A stretch of DNA of 64,000 nucleotides from Betaproteobacteria bacterium (GCA_947486575.1 CANKUB010000011.1:4030-68029), one strand, 5' to 3'. Shown: positions 1-10,412, counted from the first letter of the stretch. The notes: generated by a model from the letters alone, not told the origin. Translations and numbers: made by a program.

Positions 1-2
1 CA

Positions 3-2774
3 GTTCAGAAGAAAGCAAAAGCAACCAAGGCGCCGCAAAAGTCCAAGAACGCAAAGAATAATCTGGTCGATATAAAAGGCCAGCTCGCCGCCATCAGCAA
101 GGCTCAGGCGCTGATTGAATTCAAACTCGACGGCACGATAATAACGGCGAACGAAAAATTCTGTGGCACGCTGGGGTACCCGCTGGAAGACATTCAGGGC
201 AAGCATCACAGCATGTTCTCCGAGACTTCATACACCAGCAGCCCGGAGTATCGCGCGTTCTGGGAAAAACTCGGCCGCGGTGAAAGCGAAACAGGCCAGT
301 ACAAGCGCCTGGGCAAAGGCGGCAAGGAATTTTGGTTCCAGTCAACCTGCGTGCCGGTACTCGGCACCGATGGGCGGCCAACGAAAATCATCGAACTCGC
401 AACCGACATTGCCGCATTGCGCGCTGAACTCGAAGAAGTCCGTGACGAACTCAAGGTTCGCACAGACATCATGAACGTAACCAGCATCGTGTCGGAAGCC
501 GATCTCAAGGGCGACATTGTTTCGATCAACGATAAGTTCATTGAGGTGTCGAAGTATTCAAAGGAAGAGTTGCTGGGCAAACCGCACAACACTACGCGTC
601 ATCCCGACATGTCGAAGGAGACCTTCAAGAAGGTTTGGTCCACCATCGGCCACGGCGAAATCTTCCGTGGCGTGATCAAGAACCGCGCCAAGGACGGCAA
701 CCCGTATTACGTCGATGCGGTCATTGCGCCGATACTCGGCAAAAACGGCAAGCCGCGCAAATACCTCGGCGTGCGCTACGACATTACCAAGGTCGAATTG
801 GAGCGTCAGGACGCCACCGGGCAGCTAGCTGCAATCAGTAAAGCGCAGGCAGTCATCGAGTTCTCGCTCGATGGCAAGATATTGAAAGTAAATGATAATT
901 TTCTGGCGGCGCTGGGCTACACGCTGGAAGAGATCAAGGGTCAGCACCATAGCCTGTTCGTGGATCCGGCCTACCGCTCCACGAATGAATACCGCATGTT
1001 CTGGGACAAGCTCGGGCGTGGTGAATTTGACGCTGGCCAATATAAGCGTATTGCTAAAGGTGGCCGTGAAATCTGGATTCAGGCTTCCTACAACCCTATT
1101 TTCGACGAAATGGGCCGTCCGTTTAAGGTGGTGAAGTACGCCACGGATATCACCACAGAAAAGATGAAGGCAGCCGATTTCGAAGGCCAGTTGAACGCGA
1201 TCAGCAAGGCGCAAGCTGTGATCGAGTTCACGATGGAAGGTAAGATATTGAGTGCGAATGATAATTTCTGCAATGCGCTTGGCTACACGCTGAACGAAAT
1301 CAAGGGCCAGCACCACAGCCTGTTCATTGATCCGGCCTATCGCGCCACGGCGGAATACCGCATGTTCTGGGAAAAGCTCGGGCGCGGCGAATACGATGCC
1401 GGCCAATACGCGCGCTTGGGCAAGGGCGGCAAGGAAATCTGGATTCAGGCTTCCTACAACCCGATCATGGACATGAACGGCAAACCGTTCAAGGTGGTCA
1501 AGTACGCTGTCGACGTGACCGAGCAGGTCAGGGCCACTGCAGCGATGAAGCTGGCGGTCGAGCAGACGCAGGACGTCGTGGAGGCCGCGAAAGTAGGCGA
1601 CCTGACGCGCCGCGTGCCGTTGGAAGGCAAGTCGGGAATGATCATGGCGCTCGCTGAAGGCATCAACGGTGTCATGCAGACGACCGAAGCCAGCATGACC
1701 GACCTGGTGCGTGTGCTGGGCGCGCTCTCCAAGGGCGACTTGACCGAGAAAATCGCCACCGATTATCAGGGCACCTTCGGCAAGCTCAAGGACGATGCCA
1801 ACATGACGGTGGACAAGCTGACAGAAATTGTCCGCCAAATCAGGGAAGCTAGCGAGACCATCAAGACCGCCTCGGGGGAGATATCCCAAGGCAACACCGA
1901 CCTCTCGCAGCGAACCGAGGAGCAGGCGAGTTCGTTGGAAGAGACGGCCAGCTCGATGGAAGAGCTGACCTCGACGGTAAAGCAGAACGCCGAGAATGCG
2001 CGCCAGGCCAACCAGCTCGCGGTCAGCGCGTCCGACGTGGCGGTGAAGGGCGGTGGTGTGGTTAAGCAGGTGGTCACCACCATGTCCGGGATCTCCGAGT
2101 CCTCCAAGAAAATCGCCGACATTATCGGCACCATCGACGGCATCGCGTTCCAGACCAACATCCTAGCGTTGAACGCCGCAGTGGAAGCAGCGCGTGCGGG
2201 TGAGCAAGGCCGTGGATTTGCGGTGGTGGCGACGGAAGTACGTAATCTCGCGCAACGCTCGGCCAATGCTGCCAAGGAAATCAAGGGACTGATCGGCGAC
2301 TCAGTCGACAAAGTCGGCGCTGGCACCAAGCTGGTGGACGAAGCGGGCCAGACCATGGACGAGATCGTCAATTCGGTGAAGCGCGTAACCGACATCATGG
2401 CCGAGATCACCGCAGCATCGCAGGAACAGAGTTCCGGCATTGAGCAGGTGAATACGGCGATCACGCAGATGGACGAGGTGACGCAGCAGAACGCGGCGCT
2501 GGTGGAACAAGCTGCGGCGGCAGCCGAGTCGATGCAGGAGCAGGCAGGCACCTTGGTACAGACCGTTGGCACCTTCAAGCTGTCTGATGCGCTTTATACC
2601 GCTGTACCGGCGGAACGCCGCACACCGGGTCGTCCGGCCAATGTATCGCGCCTGCCTGCCAAGCCTGCTGCACGTGCCGCGCAACCCGCAGTACCGCGCA
2701 AGGCCGTGGCCGCAAATGGCAGCGCGTCGCGGGCAAAAGCCGTGGGTGTCGAAGATAATTGGCAGGAGTTTTAA
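3..2774 (+). CDS. Cytoplasmic methyl-accepting chemotaxis protein with four tandem PAS/PAC modules, a HAMP-like linker and an MCP signalling domain; the 5' end lies outside the window
   Basis: The frame is open from nt 3, with no stop before the first ATG at 213. Nt 81-400 already encode a PAS module ([14 protein letters not shown]...GKHHSMF...[12 protein letters not shown]) that recurs twice downstream. The C-terminal half has the conserved MCP hairpin ([28 protein letters not shown]; [40 protein letters not shown]). There is no TM segment and the protein ends NWQEF. Confidence 0.9.
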   Translation, partial: VQKKAKATKAPQKSKNAKNNLVDIKGQLAAISKAQALIEFKLDGTIITANEKFCGTLGYPLEDIQGKHHSMFSETSYTSSPEYRAFWEKLGRGESETGQYKRLGKGGKEFWFQSTCVPVLGTDGRPTKIIELATDIAALRAELEEVRDELKVRTDIMNVTSIVSEADLKGDIVSINDKFIEVSKYSKEELLGKPHNTTRHPDMSKETFKKVWSTIGHGEIFRGVIKNRAKDGNPYYVDAVIAPILGKNGKPRKYLGVRYDITKVELERQDATGQLAAISKAQAVIEFSLDGKILKVNDNFLAALGYTLEEIKGQHHSLFVDPAYRSTNEYRMFWDKLGRGEFDAGQYKRIAKGGREIWIQASYNPIFDEMGRPFKVVKYATDITTEKMKAADFEGQLNAISKAQAVIEFTMEGKILSANDNFCNALGYTLNEIKGQHHSLFIDPAYRATAEYRMFWEKLGRGEYDAGQYARLGKGGKEIWIQASYNPIMDMNGKPFKVVKYAVDVTEQVRATAAMKLAVEQTQDVVEAAKVGDLTRRVPLEGKSGMIMALAEGINGVMQTTEASMTDLVRVLGALSKGDLTEKIATDYQGTFGKLKDDANMTVDKLTEIVRQIREASETIKTASGEISQGNTDLSQRTEEQASSLEETASSMEELTSTVKQNAENARQANQLAVSASDVAVKGGGVVKQVVTTMSGISESSKKIADIIGTIDGIAFQTNILALNAAVEAARAGEQGRGFAVVATEVRNLAQRSANAAKEIKGLIGDSVDKVGAGTKLVDEAGQTMDEIVNSVKRVTDIMAEITAASQEQSSGIEQVNTAITQMDEVTQQNAALVEQAAAAAESMQEQAGTLVQTVGTFKLSDALYTAVPAERRTPGRPANVSRLPAKPAARAAQPAVPRKAVAANGSASRAKAVGVEDNWQEF

Positions 2775-2985
2775 GCGTCTGATCCGTACCCTCCCGCAAT
2801 CTGCGCGAGCAATGATGGTCCCCTCCATCGCTTGCGGGAGAGCATGATGATGCAATGGCTCCCTACCTTGCGCGCAGTTTGCGCGGGGCAAGGGCGCACT
2901 TGTAGCAGAGCAGTGGGTTGGAGTGAGCCTGCGTAGCAGGAGAGGGGCAGGGCGACGCTAGTACCACGGCTCGCCACCATCCCAA

Positions 2986-3009
2986 CCTTCCCCCGCAGGC
3001 AGGGGAAGG
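2986..3009. repeat. GC-rich REP-like hairpin in the MCP-cheR spacer
   Basis: CCTTCCCC-N8-GGGGAAGG with perfect 8-bp arms. The same spacer also has a 9-bp inverted repeat, CTCCCGCAA (2791-2799) / TTGCGGGAG (2832-2840). Confidence 0.5.
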
Positions 3010-3089
3010 AGCCGTTTCGTGGCGATGTGTAGTAGATCGTCCTTAGATATCAGTTTGAATAACACCCGGCATCACTAGCGAGAGAAAAA

Positions 3090-3938
3090 ATGTCAGCCAG
3101 TGCCGCAGTAGAAGATTCCCGCCTACACGATTTCGATATCACAGATCATGATTTCGAGCGCGCACGCAAAATGATTTATGATTTTGCCGGCATCGCGTTG
3201 TCGTCCGCCAAGCGTGACATGGTGTACAGCCGCCTTGCGCGGCGGTTGCGTGAATTAGGTGTGGATAATTTTGATGCGTATCTCGATATTGTTGCTTCAG
3301 GCGATGCCGCTGAAATCGAAGCTTTCACCAATGCACTGACCACCAATCTCACGGCGTTTTTCCGCGAGGGGCATCACTTTCCGATCTTCGCAGATCACCT
3401 GACGCGTAACGGCCAGCCGCAAACGGTGTGGTGTTCTGCAGCCTCTACCGGCGAAGAGCCTTACACCATTGCCATGACGGCGGTGGAAGCGTTCGGCAGT
3501 TTCGATCCACCAGTACGCATCCTTGCCAGCGACGTGGATACCAACGTGCTCGCGGCGGCACAGGCGGGCATCTATACCGATGATCGCATTGCCAAGCTGG
3601 AACCGGAGCGCCTAGAACGCTTTTTCAAACGTGGCAGCGGCGTCAATGCCGGCAAGGTGCGTGTGCGCGAGGAATTGCGCCGCCTGATCAGCTTCCGGCA
3701 AATCAATCTGCTGGAAGACGGTTGGCCCGTGCGCGGCCCGCTGGATACGATCTTTTGCCGTAACGTGATGATTTATTTCGACAAACCAACACAGTTGGCG
3801 ATACTTGAACGATTCGCGCCGCTGCTGCGCGGCGATGGCTTGCTTTTCGCCGGACACTCGGAAAGTTTTCACAACGCGGCGCATTTGTTCAAGCCGCGCG
3901 GTAAAACGGTTTACGGGCTGGCACGAGGCAAGCAATGA
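3090..3938 (+). CDS. cheR: Chemotaxis protein methyltransferase CheR
   Basis: 282 aa with TNLTAFFREGHHF and the SAM-binding stretch VWCSAASTGEEPYTIAM. It sits directly after an MCP gene and has an ATGA overlap with cheD. Confidence 0.93.
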   Translation: MSASAAVEDSRLHDFDITDHDFERARKMIYDFAGIALSSAKRDMVYSRLARRLRELGVDNFDAYLDIVASGDAAEIEAFTNALTTNLTAFFREGHHFPIFADHLTRNGQPQTVWCSAASTGEEPYTIAMTAVEAFGSFDPPVRILASDVDTNVLAAAQAGIYTDDRIAKLEPERLERFFKRGSGVNAGKVRVREELRRLISFRQINLLEDGWPVRGPLDTIFCRNVMIYFDKPTQLAILERFAPLLRGDGLLFAGHSESFHNAAHLFKPRGKTVYGLARGKQ

Positions 3939-4612
3939 TGATTTCTGCTCCCGATTCCGCCGCACGCCAGGTACTGGGCAGGCGGCAAACCGTACCGGAT
4001 GAACTTTCCAGCTCACCGGCGCAGGAATGTTTTGCGCGTAATCTCTATTTTGACCGTAGTCACGATATTGATGCCGCAAAATTATTGCCCGGCGAATATT
4101 TTGTGTGCACTCGCGACATGCTGTTGGTGACGGTGCTGGGCTCCTGCGTGGCGGCCTGCATACGTGATGCGCGGCTGGGCATCGGTGGCATGAATCACTT
4201 TATGTTGCCCGATAGCGAGGCCGCGCAAACCGAAGCCAAAGGCGCGCGTTATGGCACCTACGCGATGGAAGTGTTGATCAATCACCTGCTGAAGCTCGGT
4301 GCGCGGCGCGAGCATCTGGAGGCTAAGGTATTTGGCGGCGGCAATGTGCTGCCCGGTTTGGTGCAGGCCAACGTGGGATCCAAGAACGCAGCTTTTGTAG
4401 AAAGTTTTCTGAAGATTGAAAACATCCGCATCGTTGCGCGCGATCTCGAAGACATATTTCCGCGCAAGGTTTACTTTTTCCCCGCGAACGGCAAGGTGCT
4501 GGTGAAACGGTTGCGCACGGCGAACAACGGCACTGTGGCCGAGCGTGAAATTGAGTACCGCCGTCGTTTGACCAACGCGCCGGAGAGTGGCGAGGTGGAG
4601 TTGTTTGGTTGA
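3935..4612 (+). CDS. cheD: Chemoreceptor glutamine deamidase CheD
   Basis: 225 aa with the CheD core VTVLGSCVAACIRD...GGMNHFMLP. It lies between cheR and cheB. Confidence 0.9.
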   Translation: MMISAPDSAARQVLGRRQTVPDELSSSPAQECFARNLYFDRSHDIDAAKLLPGEYFVCTRDMLLVTVLGSCVAACIRDARLGIGGMNHFMLPDSEAAQTEAKGARYGTYAMEVLINHLLKLGARREHLEAKVFGGGNVLPGLVQANVGSKNAAFVESFLKIENIRIVARDLEDIFPRKVYFFPANGKVLVKRLRTANNGTVAEREIEYRRRLTNAPESGEVELFG

Positions 4613-4669
4613 TTGTGGATATTGAGCCGTGCTACCCAAAGTAACGTAGCGAGAAAAAGTTCCTTTCCC

Positions 4670-4695
4670 GTCATTCCCGCGTAGACGGGAATGAC
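4670..4695. repeat. Perfect 10-bp-stem hairpin (REP-like) between cheD and cheB
   Basis: GTCATTCCCG-cgtaga-CGGGAATGAC. The core has the form ATTCCC-N8-GGGAAT. Confidence 0.6.
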
Positions 4696-4739
4696 AGAGT
4701 GGAGTATACGACTCGCGTGAAAACCGGAAAATAAAAACC

Positions 4740-5837
4740 GTGCAAAATCAAATACTTACACAACCCGCAGCAACAATCCGTACCAAGGTGCTGATCGTCG
4801 ATGACTCCGCGCTGATCCGCAGTCTGCTGACTGCCATCATCAATCGTCAGCATGACATGGTGGTGGTCGGCGCAGCACCTGATCCGATTGTGGCACGCGA
4901 CATGATTCGCAATCTCAACCCTGACGTGCTCACACTGGACGTGGAAATGCCGCGTATGGACGGCATCGATTTTCTGGAAAAGTTGATGCGCCTGCGGCCG
5001 ATGCCGGTGGTGATGGTGTCGACCATGACGCAGCAGGGTGCGGAAGTGACCATGCGTGCGCTGGAATTGGGCGCGGTGGATTTTGTCGCCAAGCCCAAGC
5101 TGGACGTGAGCAAGGGCATGGAAGCGGGCGCCGGGGAGATCATCGAAAAAATCCGCATGGCAGCGACCGCGCGCGTGCGCAAGGTAGCGCCACCGCAGGC
5201 TGCCGGCGCAAGGCCTGTGTTGGCGTTGAATTCCCGTGCCAGCACCGAGAAGCTCATCATCATTGGCGCATCCACGGGCGGCACCGAGGCGATCAAAGAG
5301 GTGTTGTTGCCCATGCCGCCCGACGCGCCGGGCATTCTGATTACGCAGCACATGCCGCCGGGTTTTACCCAAAGCTTCGCGCAGCGGCTCGACGGCCTGT
5401 GCAAGATCCGCGTAAAAGAGGCGGTGGATGGTGAGCGTATCCTGCCCGGCCACGCGTATATCGCTCCCGGCGACTTTCACCTGGCGGTTAGAAAAAGCGG
5501 TGCGAATTACGTGACTCAACTATCGGACAGTGAGCCGGTGAACCGCCACCGGCCATCGGTGGAAGTTTTGTTCAAATCGGCCGCGGCCTGTGTCGGTGCT
5601 AACGCTATCGGCGTCATGCTCACCGGCATGGGTAAGGATGGCGCCACCGCCATGCTGGATATGAAACGCGCGGGCGCATTTAACCTGGCGCAGGATGAAG
5701 CCTCCTGCGTGGTATTCGGCATGCCCAAAGAGGCGATTGCAGCGGGCGGTGTGGATGAAGTGTGCCCACTGACCGCCATTGCCGCACGCGTGCTCACGCA
5801 ATTGCGCAATAGTGGCGGCGTGCGGCATCGGATTTAA
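4740..5837 (+). CDS. cheB: Chemotaxis response regulator protein-glutamate methylesterase CheB
   Basis: GTG start. N-terminal receiver ([23 protein letters not shown]) plus methylesterase domain ([21 protein letters not shown]). Confidence 0.93.
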   Translation: MQNQILTQPAATIRTKVLIVDDSALIRSLLTAIINRQHDMVVVGAAPDPIVARDMIRNLNPDVLTLDVEMPRMDGIDFLEKLMRLRPMPVVMVSTMTQQGAEVTMRALELGAVDFVAKPKLDVSKGMEAGAGEIIEKIRMAATARVRKVAPPQAAGARPVLALNSRASTEKLIIIGASTGGTEAIKEVLLPMPPDAPGILITQHMPPGFTQSFAQRLDGLCKIRVKEAVDGERILPGHAYIAPGDFHLAVRKSGANYVTQLSDSEPVNRHRPSVEVLFKSAAACVGANAIGVMLTGMGKDGATAMLDMKRAGAFNLAQDEASCVVFGMPKEAIAAGGVDEVCPLTAIAARVLTQLRNSGGVRHRI

Positions 5838-5866
5838 CGCGACTACGGGTTTTCACGCACAAATAT

Positions 5867-5894
5867 TCAAGAATTGTCAAAGTCTTGCCGATGA
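5867..5894 (+). promoter_or_regulatory. Putative FliA (sigma-28)-type promoter of the HDOD gene
   Basis: TCAAGAAT-N12-GCCGATGA, ending 25 nt before the ATG at 5919. The same -35 octamer precedes motA and the repeat-protein gene. Confidence 0.5.
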
Positions 5895-5918
5895 TAAGTA
5901 CGGAGCGAAACCGACATC

Positions 5919-7277
5919 ATGAGCAAGCCCATACTAATTGCGAATGGCGATGTGCTGGAGGCGAAAGCCCTGGCGGCTGCACTGGCGTCGCAATTTCCAA
6001 CAGAGCCGGTCAGTGATCTTGCAGCACTCAGGCGTAACGCCAAATCTGCCGGGGCAGTAGTCCTCGATACCAATTTCTCCGCTTCGCAAGGTGTTGATTC
6101 CTTGTTGGAATTACTGGCACTGGCGCAATTGCCGGTACTGATGATTACGCCACCAGAAGATGCGGCTTGCGCCATTAAAGCGTTGCGCTACGGCGCAACC
6201 AGTTATCTGGTCAAAACCGGCACCTATGTCGAATTGCTGCCGATGGCGTTACGCGAAGCGATCGAACGTGCTGATGGGTTGCTCAGTCTCAAGGTCCAGC
6301 TTGCTGAACTGCGCAGCCGTAACACAGATCTCGAAAAGCGTTTAACCAACACCAACCGCATCAAGCGCGCGAACACCACCACTCAGATAATCAATAAACG
6401 CAGCGTTACAGCAGTTAGGCAGGTGGAATCGCACCTGCCACTTGAAGAAATGCTTGCGGTGCGGTTGCGCAGCGGCAATATGCAACTGCCTGCCTATCCG
6501 TTGGTAGCAATGAAATTGCGTCAGATCATGAATGCCGAAGTGGGCATGAGCGAGGTCGCGCAACTGCTGTCGCAAGACGCGGCCATCAGCGTCAAACTCC
6601 TGAGGGCTGCCAACGCGGCGCAGTACAGCAACCTGCGCAAAGTGGAAACGATAGACGGCGCAGTAGGTCGCATTGGCATGAACATGACCTGCAATATTGC
6701 CGAGTTGGTAACCAACCGGTCGCTCTATGCCACGCGCAACGCCACTTATCGCACCATTCTGGATGATCTGTGGCTGCACAGCGTGGCGAGCGCGCACGCC
6801 AGCGAAATTATTGCACGGCAGATCGGCAAAGGGTCATGGGAAAAAATGTTTTCCATCGGCCTGCTACACGACGTAGGCAAGCTCGCGCTGCTGCAAGCAG
6901 TTGCCCAATCCGACCCGGAGGGCAAACGTCTGGGGGGCGAAGACAACTGCAATTCGTTCGGCGCGTTTCTTGAGGCCAACCATGTGAAATGCGGCGTGAG
7001 CCTGATGCAACAATGGAATTTTCATCAGGATTTTCACACCGCGGCGCGTTACCACGAAGACCTCTCCGGCGCGGACAAAACCTTTCGCACCCTGCTCATC
7101 GTGCATCTGGCTAATCTGGTGGCACACGCCATCGGTTACGGTTCCGTCATGCAAACGCCCGACGAACTCGATCAAGCGCCTTCAAAGAAGCTGTTGTTCT
7201 CAGAGGAAATGGATTTGACGCCCATCGCGGAAGAAACCAAGCTTGCGGTGGAGGCTACGCAGCAGTTGCTGGCGTAG
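5919..7277 (+). CDS. Receiver-like domain + coiled coil + HDOD domain protein
   Basis: The N-terminus folds like REC but the acidic pair is NGD instead of DD (ILIANGD; VVLDTNF; MIT; LVK). The C-terminal half has an HDOD signature (LPAYPLVAMKLRQIM...LLSQDAAISVKLLRAANAA...GLLHDVGKLAL). Confidence 0.8.
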   Translation: MSKPILIANGDVLEAKALAAALASQFPTEPVSDLAALRRNAKSAGAVVLDTNFSASQGVDSLLELLALAQLPVLMITPPEDAACAIKALRYGATSYLVKTGTYVELLPMALREAIERADGLLSLKVQLAELRSRNTDLEKRLTNTNRIKRANTTTQIINKRSVTAVRQVESHLPLEEMLAVRLRSGNMQLPAYPLVAMKLRQIMNAEVGMSEVAQLLSQDAAISVKLLRAANAAQYSNLRKVETIDGAVGRIGMNMTCNIAELVTNRSLYATRNATYRTILDDLWLHSVASAHASEIIARQIGKGSWEKMFSIGLLHDVGKLALLQAVAQSDPEGKRLGGEDNCNSFGAFLEANHVKCGVSLMQQWNFHQDFHTAARYHEDLSGADKTFRTLLIVHLANLVAHAIGYGSVMQTPDELDQAPSKKLLFSEEMDLTPIAEETKLAVEATQQLLA

Positions 7278-7294
7278 CCACGATCCACAAATTC

Positions 7295-7380
7295 GTAGCC
7301 CGGAAAAGCACAGCGTATTCCGGGGGACGCTATGGATATCACCACCGCTCCCCGGAATACGCTGCGCTTTTCCGGGCTAC
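7295..7380. repeat. Long inverted repeat (31-bp arms, one mismatch, 24-nt loop) between the convergent HDOD and amtB genes; REP/MITE-like or a bidirectional terminator
   Basis: GTAGCCCGGAAAAGCACAGCGTATTCCGGGG (7295-7325) pairs with CCCCGGAATACGCTGCGCTTTTCCGGGCTAC (7350-7380). Confidence 0.7.
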
Positions 7381-7476
7381 AGGGTCTGCAAAAAACAGGG
7401 CGCTCAATCTTTCGAAGGAGCGCCCCAGAGTAACAGCGTGGGGGAGGGCCACGCTGCCACCAACTACGCGTTACAA

Positions 7477-9015
7477 CTACACGTGATAGGCGGTCTCGCC
7501 GTGAGAATTAATGTCGAGGCCTTCGCGCTCTTCTTCTTCAGACACGCGCAGCCCTACGATGATATCGGCGATTTTGAAAGCGACGAGGGCAACCACGGCT
7601 GTCCACAGCACGGTTACACCCACCGCTTGCGCCTGGATCCAAACTTGCGCAGCAATGCTCTCAAAGCCCGGCTTCATTTCAAACCAGTTGTTGGGGAAGC
7701 CGGGGCCACCCAAAGCCGGTGAGTTGAAGACGCCGGTGAGCAACGCACCCAGTATGCCACCCACGGCGTGCACGCCGAACACATCCAGTGAATCGTCAGC
7801 CTTGAGTATCTTTTTCAGACCGTTGACACCCCACAGGCAAACGATACCCGCTACCGAGCCAATGACGAAGGCCCCCGCTACACCGACGTTGCCCGCGGCC
7901 GGTGTGATGGCAACCAGGCCTGCCACTGCACCCGAAGCTGCACCCAGCATGGAGGGTTTGCCTTTAAACATCCACTCGGCGAAAGTCCAGGTCAGCACGG
8001 CGCACGCTGTGGCGAGGAAGGTGTTGAGGAATGCCAGCGCGGCGGTGTTATTGGCTTCGAGTGCGGAGCCCGCGTTAAACCCGAACCAGCCCACCCACAG
8101 TAGCGCGGCGCCAATCATGGTCATGGTCAGGTTGTGCGGCTTCATCGCTTCTTTGCCGAAGCCAAGGCGTGGGCCGACAATGTATGCGCCGATCAAGCCC
8201 GCTACGCCCGCGTTGATATGCACCACAGTGCCGCCGGCAAAATCCAGCGCGCCCCACTGCCACAACAAGCCTGCGGTTGCGTTCAGTTTATCCACGACTT
8301 TGGCGTCAACGTAAGCATCCGGACCTTGCCAGAACCACACCATGTGCGCAATCGGCAAATAGGCGAAGGTGAACCAGATGACGGTGAATATCAGCACTGC
8401 CGAGAACTTGATGCGCTCGGCAAACGCACCGAGGATCAGGCAGCAGGTGATGGCGGCGAACGTTGCCTGGAAGGCAACAAACACCAGCTCCGGCAGAACC
8501 ACGCCTTTGCTGAAGGTGCCGACCGTGGCGAAATCGCCTTTCACCGCGTCAATCACTGCGCCTTTCAGGAATAATCGGTCAAAGCCGCCGATGAATGCGT
8601 TGCCCTCGGTGAACGCCAGACTGTAGCCGTAAATACACCACAGCACGGTGACCAGCGAAAACACCACGAACACCTGCATCAGCACTGACAGCATGTTTTT
8701 GGCGCGTACCATGCCACCATAAAACAGCGCCAGCGCGGGGATGCTCATCATCAGCACCAGTGCGGTGGACATCAGCATCCACGCGATATCACCTTTATTG
8801 GTGGTGGATTTCGGCGCGGCAGCTGCGGCCGGCGCGGGCGTTGCTGCTGCAGCCGGTGCAGCCGCTGGCGCAGCTGGTGCGGCGACCGGGGTAGCAGCAG
8901 GCGCCGCCGCTGCGGGTTCTGCTGCTTTTTCGGCGGGCTTGTCCTGGGCGTGCGACGCAAAGTTGGCGCAGACCAGCAATGCCAGGGTGGACAGAATAAG
9001 GCTCAGTCGTTTCAT
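7477..9015 (-). CDS. amtB: Ammonium transporter AmtB with signal peptide and a long Ala/Pro-rich N-terminal linker
   Basis: 512 aa with Amt signatures (DFAGGTVVHINAGVAGL, multiple TM helices). It is downstream of glnK. Residues about 22-70 are low complexity (AAEPAAAAPAATPVAAPAAPAAAPAAAATPAPAAAAAP). Confidence 0.93.
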   Translation of the reverse strand: MKRLSLILSTLALLVCANFASHAQDKPAEKAAEPAAAAPAATPVAAPAAPAAAPAAAATPAPAAAAAPKSTTNKGDIAWMLMSTALVLMMSIPALALFYGGMVRAKNMLSVLMQVFVVFSLVTVLWCIYGYSLAFTEGNAFIGGFDRLFLKGAVIDAVKGDFATVGTFSKGVVLPELVFVAFQATFAAITCCLILGAFAERIKFSAVLIFTVIWFTFAYLPIAHMVWFWQGPDAYVDAKVVDKLNATAGLLWQWGALDFAGGTVVHINAGVAGLIGAYIVGPRLGFGKEAMKPHNLTMTMIGAALLWVGWFGFNAGSALEANNTAALAFLNTFLATACAVLTWTFAEWMFKGKPSMLGAASGAVAGLVAITPAAGNVGVAGAFVIGSVAGIVCLWGVNGLKKILKADDSLDVFGVHAVGGILGALLTGVFNSPALGGPGFPNNWFEMKPGFESIAAQVWIQAQAVGVTVLWTAVVALVAFKIADIIVGLRVSEEEEREGLDINSHGETAYHV

Positions 9016-9034
9016 TTCATTTCCCCTTTGTTAC

Positions 9035-9391
<357 letters not shown>

Positions 9392-9411
9392 TTACAGTTA
9401 CTTATATTGGA

Positions 9412-10317
9412 TCAAAAGGTTTTCTTCAGGAACACGGTGCCGGTAGTTTTGGCCACGTTACGCGGGAACGGGCCATTGGGAAGACCAGCAATGCCGGTGA
9501 CTTCGCCTATTCCGCCCCAGCCCGCGACCGATGCGCCACTGGTGCCCGAAGCAAATGCGCCAATGCTGAAATCTTTCGGTAGCGCGTAAGTCACACCGGC
9601 TTTCCAGTCTGAATAGGTAAACTGCGCACTGTTGCTGATAGGATTGCCAAAGTTCTGGCCCTTGAACTTTTGCCTGCCGACGTGCAGATTAGCGGTAAAG
9701 CCAGATTCACCTATTGGCACATCAGCGTTCAGTTCAATGTAACCCGTGCCCGACGAATTGGGTACGCCGAAAGTCTTGTTGTCGATGCTGTGCGAATACT
9801 TAAGCGTGACCCATTTCCAGCCCAACGCACCGTAGAGTTCCGTAGTGTTGGCTTTGGGGCATGCCACAACACCAAATACACAACCTTGCGCAGTCGATTT
9901 GACTGAACCGGGATAATAGTAATAGAGCAAACCAAGGTCGTAGGTGAAATCGGATTTACCGAAATTGGCTTTGTAGCCGCCGTAGAAATCCCACTCCAGA
10001 CTGCCGCCATCCTGATATTGCCCGGTAATGGTGGCAGGCGGCGTGCTGAAGTTTTCTTTCAGCCAGCTGATATTCGATGCCCACGTACCCAGATAAAAAC
10101 CGCTGGAATGAGCATAATCAAAGCCGCCTTGCAGCGCAGGTTGGCGGTTGGTTTGCGTCAGGCCGCGAAAAATATACTGGCTGTATAAACCCACGTTACC
10201 CGTAAAGGTGTGGTCCGATGCCGGCGCCGCGGGTGCTGCTGCCGGTGTTTGCGCCAGGGCAGACCCGGCTACCAGGGCTGCTGCAACTACGCCCGAAATG
10301 ACTGTCTTCTTAAACAT
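9412..10317 (-). CDS. Outer-membrane beta-barrel protein of the TorF/Gcw_chp putative-porin type
   Basis: 301 aa with a signal peptide (MFKKTVISGVVAAALVAGSALAQ), alternating aromatic/Gly beta-strand pattern (YSQYIFRGLTQTN, GFDYAHSSGFYLGTWASN) and a C-terminal F. It is the first gene of the glnK-amtB operon. Confidence 0.7.
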   Translation of the reverse strand: MFKKTVISGVVAAALVAGSALAQTPAAAPAAPASDHTFTGNVGLYSQYIFRGLTQTNRQPALQGGFDYAHSSGFYLGTWASNISWLKENFSTPPATITGQYQDGGSLEWDFYGGYKANFGKSDFTYDLGLLYYYYPGSVKSTAQGCVFGVVACPKANTTELYGALGWKWVTLKYSHSIDNKTFGVPNSSGTGYIELNADVPIGESGFTANLHVGRQKFKGQNFGNPISNSAQFTYSDWKAGVTYALPKDFSIGAFASGTSGASVAGWGGIGEVTGIAGLPNGPFPRNVAKTTGTVFLKKTF

Positions 10318-10365
10318 TTACTACCTCCCGATGAAAAGTGTGTGTTGGGTTATGTCGAGTTAATG

Positions 10366-10382
10366 AGCACATACCGTGCCAA
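10366..10382 (-). promoter_or_regulatory. Sigma-54 promoter of the porin-glnK-amtB operon
   Basis: The minus strand reads TTGGCACGgtatGTGCT, with GG and GC at the canonical -24/-12 spacing. It lies about 50 nt upstream of the ATG at 10317. Confidence 0.7.
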
Positions 10383-10399
10383 TCGAATTATGTCTTAAT

Positions 10400-10412
10400 A
10401 ATCAATTAGTTA
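10400..10412. promoter_or_regulatory. IHF-consensus site between the NtrC sites and the sigma-54 promoter
   Basis: AATCAAttagTTA is an exact match to WATCAANNNNTTR, inside an AT-rich tract. Confidence 0.5.

Noticed and set aside
825-1889. A 354-aa minus-strand ORF inside the MCP gene. Similar long antisense ORFs occur at 4671-5519, 17914-19620 (its extension), 36118-36873, 38244-38870, 55813-56520 and 58806-59432.
   Set aside because: Each lies opposite a gene with unambiguous family signatures. Their products are Arg/His/Ala-rich, typical of antisense frames in GC-rich DNA.
4670-4695. The ATTCCC-N8-GGGAAT hairpin interpreted as a neisserial dRS3-type phage integration site
   Set aside because: It is a single copy in this window, and the resemblance is only in form. 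The organism is flagellated and clearly not Neisseria, so no functional inference is justified beyond a REP-like hairpin.
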